Below are positions 29,129 to 38,202 of a DNA stretch of 64,000 bases, one piece after another. This DNA is from Candidatus Gastranaerophilales bacterium (GTDB lineage Bacteria > Cyanobacteriota > Vampirovibrionia > Gastranaerophilales > Gastranaerophilaceae). The number at the start of each line of letters is the position of its first letter. Position 1 is the stretch's first letter. Made by a program: the position numbers and the translations under genes. The notes under the pieces were generated by a model. That model searched no databases. It was not told the origin of the DNA and worked only from the letters and a program-made list of their open reading frames with translations. Where the stretch lies: NCBI GenBank assembly GCA_944325635.1, contig CALVBD010000005.1, positions 60,388 through 124,387 on the forward strand, given 5' to 3'.

Positions 29129-29309
29129 TTTAATAACCTTTCATGTCCTTTTGGGTTTGTGTAGCTGATATCAGTTTAATTAACAACACTTAAATAAACA
29201 TCAGCCCCCGGGGTGGACCCCCCTAACTGTGTACACGAATACTTTAACACCAATAAACTTGCAATACAAGAAAATTTATAATAAAATTTATGGAAAAGGA
29301 GAAGTCATA

Positions 29310-30296
29310 ATGGTATTAAAAGCATTGAAAACAAAGACTTTAAGGCAGGGGGGGGAGGGCACTCTTTCCGGGATATTCAACATCCGTAACGAATATCAAG
29401 GAGATAAAAAGTTCAAAAAGATTAAATTTTTAGGATGCAGTATTCCGATATATTTTTATTGCGGACGTAAATCTATTCATACCTTTTGGGAAAAAATTTT
29501 TAAAGAATATTTTAAAAATAATAATATTGATAAAAAAGTTAAACATTTAAAAGAAGGACTCGATGAGATTTCTTGCGAATATATAGATAAATTTATGGAA
29601 CTTGTTCCTTACTGGAATAAATATATACACGGCACGAAAAATGGCTGGACCGATTATGACTTAGCTTTAATGGAAAAATACAGTAAAGAAGAATTTCAAC
29701 AGCCATTCGGTTATATCACAAAATTCAACCCTTTTATATTCCAGAATAAGTACGGTTTAATAGATCTTCATTCAGAGGTTCTTGAACAAATTAACGGCAA
29801 AGATATCGTGGATGCAGGAGGGTTAAACGGGGACACAGCGGTTATGTTCGCTGAATATTTCCCAAATTCCAAAATTTATGTCTACGAACCTTTAATCGAA
29901 AATATTAAGACACTAAACGTAATTATACGAGAAGGGAATTACCGGAACAGAATTATTCCGGTACAAAAAGGACTTGGTAACGAATGCGGAGTTGTTGATT
30001 TTAAATTCAATTATGAAAATAAGGCTGAAATTGTCCCGCTTGATATTGATTATAAGGGGAATAATCTTGGTTTAATAAAAATGGATACCGAGGGTTTTGA
30101 AACGCAAATTACCGAAGGTGCAGCAGAATTAATAAAAAGATACAAACCTGTTTTGGCTATAGCTATTTATCACACACCTGAAGATTTCTTTGAATTAAAA
30201 GACAAAATCATTGCGCTAAACCCTGATTATAAATTTATGATAAGACGCAGCGAACAAGTTATTCCGACAGCGGATCTTGTACTGATAGCATATTAA
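29310..30296 (+). CDS. FkbM family methyltransferase
   Basis: SAM-binding segment IVDAGGLNGDTAVMFAEYF and IKMDTEGFE motif, typical of FkbM-type enzymes. Start chosen at the ATG with SD aaaggag; the ORF extends to 29229. Confidence 0.7.
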   Translation: MVLKALKTKTLRQGGEGTLSGIFNIRNEYQGDKKFKKIKFLGCSIPIYFYCGRKSIHTFWEKIFKEYFKNNNIDKKVKHLKEGLDEISCEYIDKFMELVPYWNKYIHGTKNGWTDYDLALMEKYSKEEFQQPFGYITKFNPFIFQNKYGLIDLHSEVLEQINGKDIVDAGGLNGDTAVMFAEYFPNSKIYVYEPLIENIKTLNVIIREGNYRNRIIPVQKGLGNECGVVDFKFNYENKAEIVPLDIDYKGNNLGLIKMDTEGFETQITEGAAELIKRYKPVLAIAIYHTPEDFFELKDKIIALNPDYKFMIRRSEQVIPTADLVLIAY

Positions 30297-30313
30297 GCGA
30301 CGTAATATAACAT

Positions 30314-30436
30314 TTTACCCCTCAACCCTTGAGGGCGAGTGGGAATTTTAATGCCTCCATTTGTAAGGGAGGTGGCGCGAATGCGCCGGAGGGTTTTCTT
30401 TAGCGTCATTGCTGGCTACGACCCGCAATCGCAGCA
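30314..30436. repeat. Mosaic of small palindromic repeats
   Basis: Three parts: ttttacccctcaa-ccc-ttgaggg hairpin (30319-30335); module X (30353-30398), the reverse complement of 33420-33463; and hairpin tttagcgtcattgctggctacgacccgcaatcgcagc (30399-30436), related to 63819-63856. Confidence 0.75.
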
Positions 30437-30546
30437 CTGTAAAATACCACAATTTCAGATTAATCAATTCTCTAATCTTGCTATTTCCATATAAAAAAAT
30501 TTATAGTAAGATATTTTTTATAAGAAGTAAGATGAGGGGATATTAT

Positions 30547-33126
30547 ATGAAGAAATTTATTGTTTCATTATTTGTTATCTTAGCGGGAACTATCGTCTTT
30601 GCCGCAGAAAATGTCTACACTCTCGATAACGGGCAAACTGTTATTATAAAAGAGGTTAAGACAAACCCGATTGTCACAATGGATACCTGGATTAAAACAG
30701 GTTCCATTAACGAAACCGATAAAAATAACGGAGTTGCGCATTTTTTGGAACACCTTTTCTTTAAAGGCTCCAAAAACCATGCACCTGGAGAATTTGACAA
30801 ACTTCTAGAAAGTAAAGGCGCTGTTACTAACGCAGCTACAAGCAAAGATTTCACCCACTATTATATTACTATCCCGTCAAAATATTTTGCAGAAGCCCTC
30901 GAACTTCATGCAGATATGCTCTTAAATCCTCTCATTCCGAGAAAAGAACTTGAAAAAGAAAGAAAAGTCGTCTTAGAAGAAATTTCAAAAGACGAAAATT
31001 CACCGGATCACGTTGTATACGATAACTTAGTCAGTATGCTTTATACAACCCATCCTTACAAAAGGAAAGTTATCGGGACAAAAAATATCATAGGGACAAT
31101 TCCGCGTGAGGAAATTTTAAAATTTTATAACACATGGTACTCACCTTCTAATATGGTGACAGTAATTGTCGGGGATGTAAACGCAGAAGATGTTCTTTCA
31201 AAAATTAAACGGAACTTCAACGGCAGCCCTCAAAAAGCTCCAAAAGTAAATTATCCTAAGGAAAAACAACTCACGGAACAGGCAAAAAAAGTTCAGTATC
31301 TTCCGGCTCAATCCGGTTATATGCTGATTGGGTTCCGCGGTGTTCCGATTAGCGATAAAGATTCTTACGCTCTTGATGTTCTCGCGACAATCCTCGGCGA
31401 CGGCCGCTCTTCAATTTTCTATCAGGAAATTAAAGATAAATTACAGCTTGCATTCTCAATCTCTGCTTCCAACGCAGGTTTTAGGGATGACGGTTTATTC
31501 TACATTTCCGCAAACTTCCTGCCGGAAAAACTAGATAAACTTGAGAAAAATATATTCGATATAGTTGCACAGGTCAAAAAAGACGGCGTTACAGAAGAAC
31601 AGGTTAACCTTGCAAAAAATATTATTGAAAGAGATACCTACTACGAAAGAGAATCTGTTTCAAATATCGCTCAGGAAATCGGCTACGTTATGGTTACGGG
31701 AAATGACATAAGTATTTATGATGACTATGTTGCAAACATTAAAAAAGTTACGCCGGAAGATGTCAAACGAGTTGCAAATAAATACTTAGGCATCAATAAA
31801 TCTGCAGTGTCTATTGTTCTTCCTGAATCTTCAAAAGAAAAAGAAATTTCCAACATAACTTCACCCGATATTACTTCAAAACTCGTAAGTGAAAATAAAA
31901 CAACTCAAAAATACGAACTTTCAAACGGCACAACCGTATTAATTACACCGAACTCATCCAATGAAATCGTTGCGATAAATATCTTTGCAAAAGGCGGCAA
32001 CTTCCTACAGGAAAAATACGGTACATCAAGCCTTGTCGCATCTACCATGCTTAAAGGCACAAAAAAATATTCCCCGCTTGAACTTGCACAAATACTTGAA
32101 GATAACGGTATAAAAATTATACCGGCAGTGCGTTCTGATGCTTTTTCGGTAACCGTCTTAACCACAACAACAGAATATGATAAAACGCTTGCGTTATTAA
32201 ATGAAATTATTAATAATGCTACATTTAGCGATTATGAAATAGAAAAAGTCAAAACCGATAAATTGAACATTATAAAACAATCCAGAGATATCCCGTTTCA
32301 GGTTGCGATTGAAGAATATAAACACCTGATTTTCGAAGGCACACCTTATACAAATTCAACACACTTGCTTGAAAAAAATATTCCGTCAATCACGCGCGGT
32401 GACATTGTAGGTTACTATAACAGAATTTTCGCACCGCAAAATATTGTAGTATCAATTAACGGAAATGTTGATAAAGAAAAAACTATAAAAGCGTTTTCAA
32501 CAATGTTTAAATCAACAGACAATGAAAAATTTGCATTTGACACGCATAAAGATGATATAAAACCGTTTAGAGAAGCAAAAGAAAGCATAAAAGAAGCACC
32601 GGATACAAATACCGACTGGATTATACTCGGCTGGCAGACTGCCGGTATGAACGACAAGAAAGATTATGCAACCTTACAGGTTATAGATTCGCTTCTCGGT
32701 TCCGGCATGAGTTCGCGCCTTTTCAAAAACCTCAGAGATCAGGAAGGGCTTGCGTATCAACTGGGTTCAAGCTATTCCGCAAACGCTCTTAAAGGAGCCT
32801 TCATCGTCTATATAGGCACAAACCCGAAAACTTTAGAAAAATCTCAGGAAATGCTTCTTGCGGAAATAAATAAACTAAAGACCGAATTTGTCGGCACAAA
32901 AGAACTGAAAGAAGCGAAAGACAAACTAATCGGGCAGTTTATCTTATCGCAGGAAACAAATCTGGATAAAGCAGCCACAGTCGGTTGGTTTGAAACAATT
33001 GGCTCAGGCTACAATTTTACAGATGAGTACGAAAAGTTGATTAATTCAGTTACAGAATCGGACATTATTGAAGTCGCAAATAAATACTTCAACAGGAACT
33101 ACGTACTTTCTATAGTGAAAAAGTAG
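30547..33126 (+). CDS. M16 (pitrilysin/insulinase) family zinc peptidase, tandem two-unit form
   Basis: Signal peptide MKKFIVSLFVILAGTIVFA, HxxEH zinc motif HFLEHLFFKG, and a second M16-like half from about aa 470. Start placed at 30547 (SD gagggg) because the 30409-30546 extension is built from repeats. Confidence 0.9.
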   Translation: MKKFIVSLFVILAGTIVFAAENVYTLDNGQTVIIKEVKTNPIVTMDTWIKTGSINETDKNNGVAHFLEHLFFKGSKNHAPGEFDKLLESKGAVTNAATSKDFTHYYITIPSKYFAEALELHADMLLNPLIPRKELEKERKVVLEEISKDENSPDHVVYDNLVSMLYTTHPYKRKVIGTKNIIGTIPREEILKFYNTWYSPSNMVTVIVGDVNAEDVLSKIKRNFNGSPQKAPKVNYPKEKQLTEQAKKVQYLPAQSGYMLIGFRGVPISDKDSYALDVLATILGDGRSSIFYQEIKDKLQLAFSISASNAGFRDDGLFYISANFLPEKLDKLEKNIFDIVAQVKKDGVTEEQVNLAKNIIERDTYYERESVSNIAQEIGYVMVTGNDISIYDDYVANIKKVTPEDVKRVANKYLGINKSAVSIVLPESSKEKEISNITSPDITSKLVSENKTTQKYELSNGTTVLITPNSSNEIVAINIFAKGGNFLQEKYGTSSLVASTMLKGTKKYSPLELAQILEDNGIKIIPAVRSDAFSVTVLTTTTEYDKTLALLNEIINNATFSDYEIEKVKTDKLNIIKQSRDIPFQVAIEEYKHLIFEGTPYTNSTHLLEKNIPSITRGDIVGYYNRIFAPQNIVVSINGNVDKEKTIKAFSTMFKSTDNEKFAFDTHKDDIKPFREAKESIKEAPDTNTDWIILGWQTAGMNDKKDYATLQVIDSLLGSGMSSRLFKNLRDQEGLAYQLGSSYSANALKGAFIVYIGTNPKTLEKSQEMLLAEINKLKTEFVGTKELKEAKDKLIGQFILSQETNLDKAATVGWFETIGSGYNFTDEYEKLINSVTESDIIEVANKYFNRNYVLSIVKK

Positions 33127-33921
33127 CATAAAATATGTTATCGGAAGATTTTTTACCCCTCTCCCTATGGGAGAGGGAGGAATTTCTTAGCGAACATTAG
33201 TGAGCATAGAAATTCGGGTGAGGGGTAATTTTATATTCTTTCAGGTATGTTCATTTCTTTTCTTTTTTAGCCGGAAAAAGAAAAGAAACGAACCAAAGAA
33301 AAGAAAAATCGGCAAAAAATTCCAGCGTCGCTACGCGCCGCGAAATAAAATGGAAGTAGTTGAAGGCAGAGCCTTCAACCTTATATGCTCGCTATCGCGG
33401 CAAAGCCGCACGCTCGCCTGAAAACCCTCCGGCGCTTGGCGCCACCTCCCTTACAAGGGAGGCTTTTACTTTACCCCCTTTGTAAAGGGGGGTAGGGGGG
33501 ATTTATTTAGACCAACCTGTGGTCGGTTGCCGAACGTGTACGAAGTGCGATAGGGAGGCTCAAAGGTTAAATGCGTCAGCATTTAACGACATCCATTCTG
33601 TCTTGCGCTGCGAAGCAGCGCTGTAAATAATGCGTGTTTTTCTTTCTTAGCCGATATTCTTTCTTTGCTTGTTTGCCGCCGTTAAACGGGCACGCATACG
33701 CATAGCGTATGCTTATGCCCTCTGGCGGCAATACGCTTTGCATCGCAACAAAAAGAAAGAATATCCGGTGCAGGGTTTGGGGCTGCATAAGCCCCAAATA
33801 TAAATATTGTAGCTATATAATCCTCACCCGAATTTATAAATTCGCATTTGCTTTTTAACAAAATATCCCCTCGCCCCTTACGGGCGAGGGGATATTCCTT
33901 GTTCCGATAACATATTTTATG
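33127..33921. repeat. Large ORF-free nested-helix element, copy B (candidate structured RNA or MITE-like element)
   Basis: Perfect 20-bp outer inverted repeat 33127-33146/33902-33921; 14-bp helix 33210-33223/33822-33835; 19-bp hairpin 33249-33267/33275-33293. The core 33249-33768 is colinear with 19521-19910. Carries an inserted module X (33420-33463) and other small hairpins. Confidence 0.7.
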
Positions 33922-34058
33922 TATTCAAGTTCTACTTTAGATTATAAAAAAGACAAATCCTCAAAATTAAGTATTCACTTTTGTAAAGAAAATTTCTATA
34001 ATGTTTACATAATTTCATGTTTATTATTACATGTGTTTAAAATAGGACGGGTTAAACA

Positions 34059-34703
34059 TTGTTAAATAATTACGAAAGTTTTGATAATTCAGAAACAGCG
34101 TCAAGAAAATCAGCCCTGATAATGGAGAGAGTCGGGCTTGTATCAACGCACATGTACAAACAATTTTTGGACTATCAACACGCAACAGTAAACACTAATG
34201 AAATATTTACCCGTATGATTGATAACCTTCAGGAAGTCGCAGAAATTCTAAAAGAAGCGTTTTCTTCACGAGGTGTTACTACGCAAAACATTTACGTGGA
34301 TTTTGACCAGCAGAAATCTGTTGTTATTATTAATATTCTTTGGCATAAAATAAGCTTTACTACTCGTTGTAATTTTCAGCCACAAGCTCTCTATAGAGAA
34401 AACGGCAATCACATGTTTTCCGGCAGAATTATGGCAATCAGAGGCAACTATAACGAGCTTATGACAGGCGTAAAAGACCACGATGAAGAAATGGTGAGAC
34501 TTCTGGATAACGAAGTTGCCTCACTGTTTATTCCGGCAGAAGGAAGCCAGCGCTGTATCCTGAAAATTCGCCACCTCGGGAATAAAGAAATTGACATTAA
34601 TCAGGTTGATGCACCGCGCGAATTTGTTTTGAAAGTAGTCGAAACAATCTGCGGCGGAGGCTTCTATCATGAAGAAGGTGCCAGAAAAAGCTTTAATATA
34701 TAA
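34059..34703 (+). CDS. Hypothetical protein
   Basis: 214-aa ORF (TTG start, uncertain); no recognisable motif; convergent with the pilin-like gene. Confidence 0.5.
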   Translation: MLNNYESFDNSETASRKSALIMERVGLVSTHMYKQFLDYQHATVNTNEIFTRMIDNLQEVAEILKEAFSSRGVTTQNIYVDFDQQKSVVIINILWHKISFTTRCNFQPQALYRENGNHMFSGRIMAIRGNYNELMTGVKDHDEEMVRLLDNEVASLFIPAEGSQRCILKIRHLGNKEIDINQVDAPREFVLKVVETICGGGFYHEEGARKSFNI

Positions 34704-34705
34704 AG

Positions 34706-35462
34706 TTACAACCTTATAGGGTAATCATCAGGAATTGTAAAATTATTCTGCATTATCAAGACAGTACAAACATCTGCTCTGCTCCAATCTGCCAGAAGTG
34801 GATGGGCGGATTCTGATATACAGCCCTGAATTAACTCCTCCTTTGAGTAACGTGACGTATCAATTATTGAAGTCCAAAAAGCCCCCCTTGAACGATCCAA
34901 GCGAAATGAAAAAACATCTCTGCCATCAATTTTCGAAGTTTTATTCGGCTTCAAAAATACATAAAACTGCCCGCGGGTTCCACCTCGCGCATAAAAGCAT
35001 AGTCCTGTTCCATTAACCAATTTCACACATTTATTCATATTTCCATAATTTGAGGAAACACCGCCATTAAATCCATTGGAAACAAAATATGGAGAATTTT
35101 TTGGATATTCTTCCGTAACCTTGATATATTTTTTAAAATATTTATTAAAAATAGCTTCATTTTGTTCAAAAGAGTTGTCATTTCCGTCATTGTTGAATTC
35201 ACCGGAAACCGTAAACTCAAAACCGACGCCATATTCAACTTCAGCCATTTTTACAGCATTTGAAATCAATGAATAACAAGTTTTTAACTGATTTTCAACA
35301 ACACTTTTCCGGTAATTTTGAATCAACCCCGGCAAAGTCATAGCGGCAACAATACCAATAATACCAAGAGTTATTAATACTTCGGCAAGAGTAAATGCAA
35401 ATTTTAGCTTTAAACTAGTCTGCCCCCCCCCCCGTAAACCCAGTCATAGCAATGGTTTTCAT
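34706..35462 (-). CDS. Type IV pilin-like protein, frame interrupted at a poly-G(11) tract after codon 9
   Basis: SD aaggagg N5 ATG at 35462, then MKTIAMTGFT and G11 (C11 on the + strand, 35423-35433). The downstream frame encodes ..KLKFAFTLAEVLITLGIIGIVAAMTLPGLIQNY plus a pilin-like body (DGRDVFSFRL). 10 or 13 G would join the frames. Confidence 0.8.
35423..35433. repeat. Homopolymeric C11/G11 tract inside the pilin-like gene leader
   Basis: Counted directly: 11 consecutive C on the + strand. Confidence 0.95.
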
Positions 35463-35538
35463 GTTTTCCTCCTTGTATATAGAAATTAATAATTCATATA
35501 ATTATTATATCATACAAAAGCAGCATGAACAAGATATG

Positions 35539-35790
35539 CTATTCCATAGAAATCTTCGAGGACATTTCCGCAAGGATTCTTGCGACATCAGAGCCGCCAA
35601 TGCAAACTTCTAAAATCAACGGGCTGTGAATAAGCACTGTTTCGCTGTATTCCATTGTATCAACGTTAATTACGTCAAATTCAATAAAATCTGTGCCGGC
35701 GTAAACGAGTTTACCATACTCGCCGCCCGTAGCCCAACGGATAAACATATATTGGTTTTCAAATTCTTTGAGTTTTTCTACTAAACGCAT
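35539..35790 (-). CDS. Hypothetical small protein
   Basis: 83-aa ORF with SD gaggg N4 ATG; no recognisable motif. Confidence 0.55.
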   Translation of the reverse strand: MRLVEKLKEFENQYMFIRWATGGEYGKLVYAGTDFIEFDVINVDTMEYSETVLIHSPLILEVCIGGSDVARILAEMSSKISME

Positions 35791-36057
35791 ATAACCCTCA
35801 TTCCCTATACCTTATATTTTAGTCATTTTTTCGGTTAAGTCAAGCTCTAGATGTGCAACCAATATCCCATTTATATAAAAGAAAAGCCATACCTTTTTTC
35901 CAGTATAGCTTAAACAATAATCTTGGGAGGAGATTTGGGGATAGTTGTACATGCATGATAAAGCAAGCATGAAAATCATGTTACACATGTAACTAAAAAA
36001 TTAATAAAAATTTACAATTACTTGATTTTATATTAAAATAAGTGTAAGGAGAATTTA

Positions 36058-36510
36058 ATGAAAATATTGGTCATAAACGGCGTAAATATGAATATGCTTG
36101 GAATTCGGGAACCTGAAAAGTACGGATCCATGACATTAAAGGATTTGGAAAAATTATTATACGCTTACTCATTTGAACTGGGAGTTGACGTAGAAATGTT
36201 CCAGAGCAACCATGAAGGTGAAATCGTTGAAAAAATTCACTCTGCATATCAAAAAGTAGATGGAATAGTCATAAACCCGGGGGCCTACACACATACGAGT
36301 GTAGCCATACGAGATGCCCTATCTGCAGTGAATATTCCGACAGTGGAAGTTCACATGACAAATATCCATGCAAGAGAAGATTTTCGACACACATCACTCA
36401 TTGCGCCTGTTTGTATGGCTCAAATAAGCGGATTTAGTTTTGACGGTTATAAATTGGGTCTCAAAGGGTTAGTCGACTTTTTAAAAAGTGACAATTCATT
36501 AAAAGAATAA
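36058..36510 (+). CDS. aroQ: Type II 3-dehydroquinate dehydratase
   Basis: 150 aa; INGVNMNMLGIREPEKYG, NPGAYTHTSVAIRDA, EVHMTNIHAREDFRH motifs. Confidence 0.95.
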   Translation: MKILVINGVNMNMLGIREPEKYGSMTLKDLEKLLYAYSFELGVDVEMFQSNHEGEIVEKIHSAYQKVDGIVINPGAYTHTSVAIRDALSAVNIPTVEVHMTNIHAREDFRHTSLIAPVCMAQISGFSFDGYKLGLKGLVDFLKSDNSLKE

Positions 36511-36522
36511 AATGTATATTTT

Positions 36523-36870
36523 TTATCGCGCAATAAATTCTTTTCTGAAGGCTTCTGTTAATGCTGCAGCTTTTTCGTAAGGGTTTTCAACACCTTGTTT
36601 TCTATAGTTTGCTTCTGCTGCATCAAAGACTTCATTTGCTTTTGCAACTGCTTCCGGGTTTTCAATCATTGTTTTGACATCGTTTTCAATGTTATCGGAA
36701 CCCGACACAAGAGATCTGCCGCTTATTGCGGAAGGAGATTTTGAAAGATCTTCCGTCCCTTTTGGCGTGTCCTGGACTTCAGGTTTTACTTCAGGTGCTT
36801 TAGGGGTTTCTGGTTTCAAATCTGCTTTTGGAGAAAATGGAACTCCGGTGTTGTTTTGAATTTCTCTCAT
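36523..36870 (-). CDS. Hypothetical protein (Pro/Lys/Glu-rich N-terminal half)
   Basis: 115-aa ORF with SD gaagga N7 ATG; no recognisable motif. Confidence 0.55.
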   Translation of the reverse strand: MREIQNNTGVPFSPKADLKPETPKAPEVKPEVQDTPKGTEDLSKSPSAISGRSLVSGSDNIENDVKTMIENPEAVAKANEVFDAAEANYRKQGVENPYEKAAALTEAFRKEFIAR

Positions 36871-37059
36871 AATGGCATCCTTCTTTCTTTTGAACGATTG
36901 CTTAACCGTTCTTATTTATCTCTTTAATCCGTTTTAAGCTTTAAAACACCAAAATAAATTTTTTTGCTATTTTGCACAAAAAAAATTACAAAAATTAATA
37001 TAAAAATCTCTCCCGTAATTTTTTATGTTATCATTTAGTATATACTATAAAAGGAAGTA

Positions 37060-38202
37060 ATGCAATATATGAAATTGATGAATTTATTCTGCAACATAAA
37101 GCCTAAAGATATTCTGCAATACTTGCCTGATGCGGTTTTCGTGGTAAAAGAACAGTCAGGTGAAATAGTCTGGATAAATGAAAAAGCTGCTCATCTTTTT
37201 GAATTAACCAGAGAAGATTTAGAAGATTTAAACTTTAATGATATTGTTGAAAATGGGGTTGAACTTGCAGATAAATCATCCAGAAAAGATGTACCGATAA
37301 TAGGTGGCGCTCTGACCGGAACAGGTGAATTTTTTATAGAACTCAATGCAACACTGCTTGATGATGAATATTTGATTACAATCCGTGATGTCACGGCAAT
37401 GACTAATGTTCTGGTCAATGCCGAAAAAACAGGGCGTCTTAACAAAGATAAAAACCTTATGCTTTCAAAGCTCTCACACGAGTTTAAGTCTCCGGTTCAA
37501 TCAATTTTGGGGTTTTCTACTGCACTCACGGACGGTCTTGGCGGAGAAATCAATTCCAAACAACAAAAATACGTAAAAATTATTAACAAAAATGCAACAG
37601 AACTGCTTTATTTTATGGATAAATTTTTCGAATTTTCAAATGTTGAATCATCATTAAACAAATTTTCATTTCTCACTTTTGATATAGTAAACCTTATCCA
37701 GAACGTTATAAAACACAATGAAAATATATTAAAAAACAAAAATATTTCAATAAATATTGATGACGAACAACTGAAAAATAAAACTGTATACAGTGACGAA
37801 AACGCCGTTAAAACAATACTCCAGAATATAATAGAACTCTCAATCAAATTGACGGAAATAGGTTCGGTCACAATAGAATTAAGTACTCCCGAGCTTGATT
37901 ATGTACAAAAGACGGGTGTTAAATTAATAAAAAATGCAACTGCAGAATCTTATATAAAAATATCCGTAATAGATAACGGAATCGGTTTGCAGGAAAATGA
38001 AATTGAAGGTATCTTTGAACCTTATACACAGATTGATAAATTAAATAAGAAAAATATAGTTCGTTCATTCTGTCTTGGTACGGCAAAAGAACTCGTAAAA
38101 CATTTGAACGGGTCTATCTGGCTGGCAACAGAAGTCATGAAAGGAACTGTGTTCAATGTAATTCTGCCGGTTGAAAAGGGAGCGGTAAAACAGGATGAGT
38201 AA
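37060..38202 (+). CDS. PAS domain sensor histidine kinase (no TM segments seen)
   Basis: 380 aa; PAS-like N-terminus, H-box LSKLSHEFKSPVQSILGF, ATPase motifs (DNGIGL, GTVFNVILP). Confidence 0.85.
   Translation: MQYMKLMNLFCNIKPKDILQYLPDAVFVVKEQSGEIVWINEKAAHLFELTREDLEDLNFNDIVENGVELADKSSRKDVPIIGGALTGTGEFFIELNATLLDDEYLITIRDVTAMTNVLVNAEKTGRLNKDKNLMLSKLSHEFKSPVQSILGFSTALTDGLGGEINSKQQKYVKIINKNATELLYFMDKFFEFSNVESSLNKFSFLTFDIVNLIQNVIKHNENILKNKNISINIDDEQLKNKTVYSDENAVKTILQNIIELSIKLTEIGSVTIELSTPELDYVQKTGVKLIKNATAESYIKISVIDNGIGLQENEIEGIFEPYTQIDKLNKKNIVRSFCLGTAKELVKHLNGSIWLATEVMKGTVFNVILPVEKGAVKQDE

Noticed and set aside
29129-29309. T-box or other riboswitch leader upstream of thrS (and likewise upstream of valS at 63590-63800)
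   Set aside because: I found local hairpins (gctgat..atcagc, ggggtccacccc) but nothing resembling the conserved T-box sequence or a specifier-loop arrangement. I cannot support a call by eye.
30409-30546. N-terminal 46-codon extension of the M16 peptidase ORF
   Set aside because: The extension is encoded by the hairpin repeats. A Met with SD gagggg and a clean signal peptide starts at 30547.
33200-33797. ORFs 33200..33421 (+) and 33576..33797 (-) inside the 33.1-33.9 kb gap
   Set aside because: They are built from polypurine tracts and palindromic repeats (low-complexity K/R/E/F strings), have no SD, and overlap paired helix arms. I treat them as non-coding.
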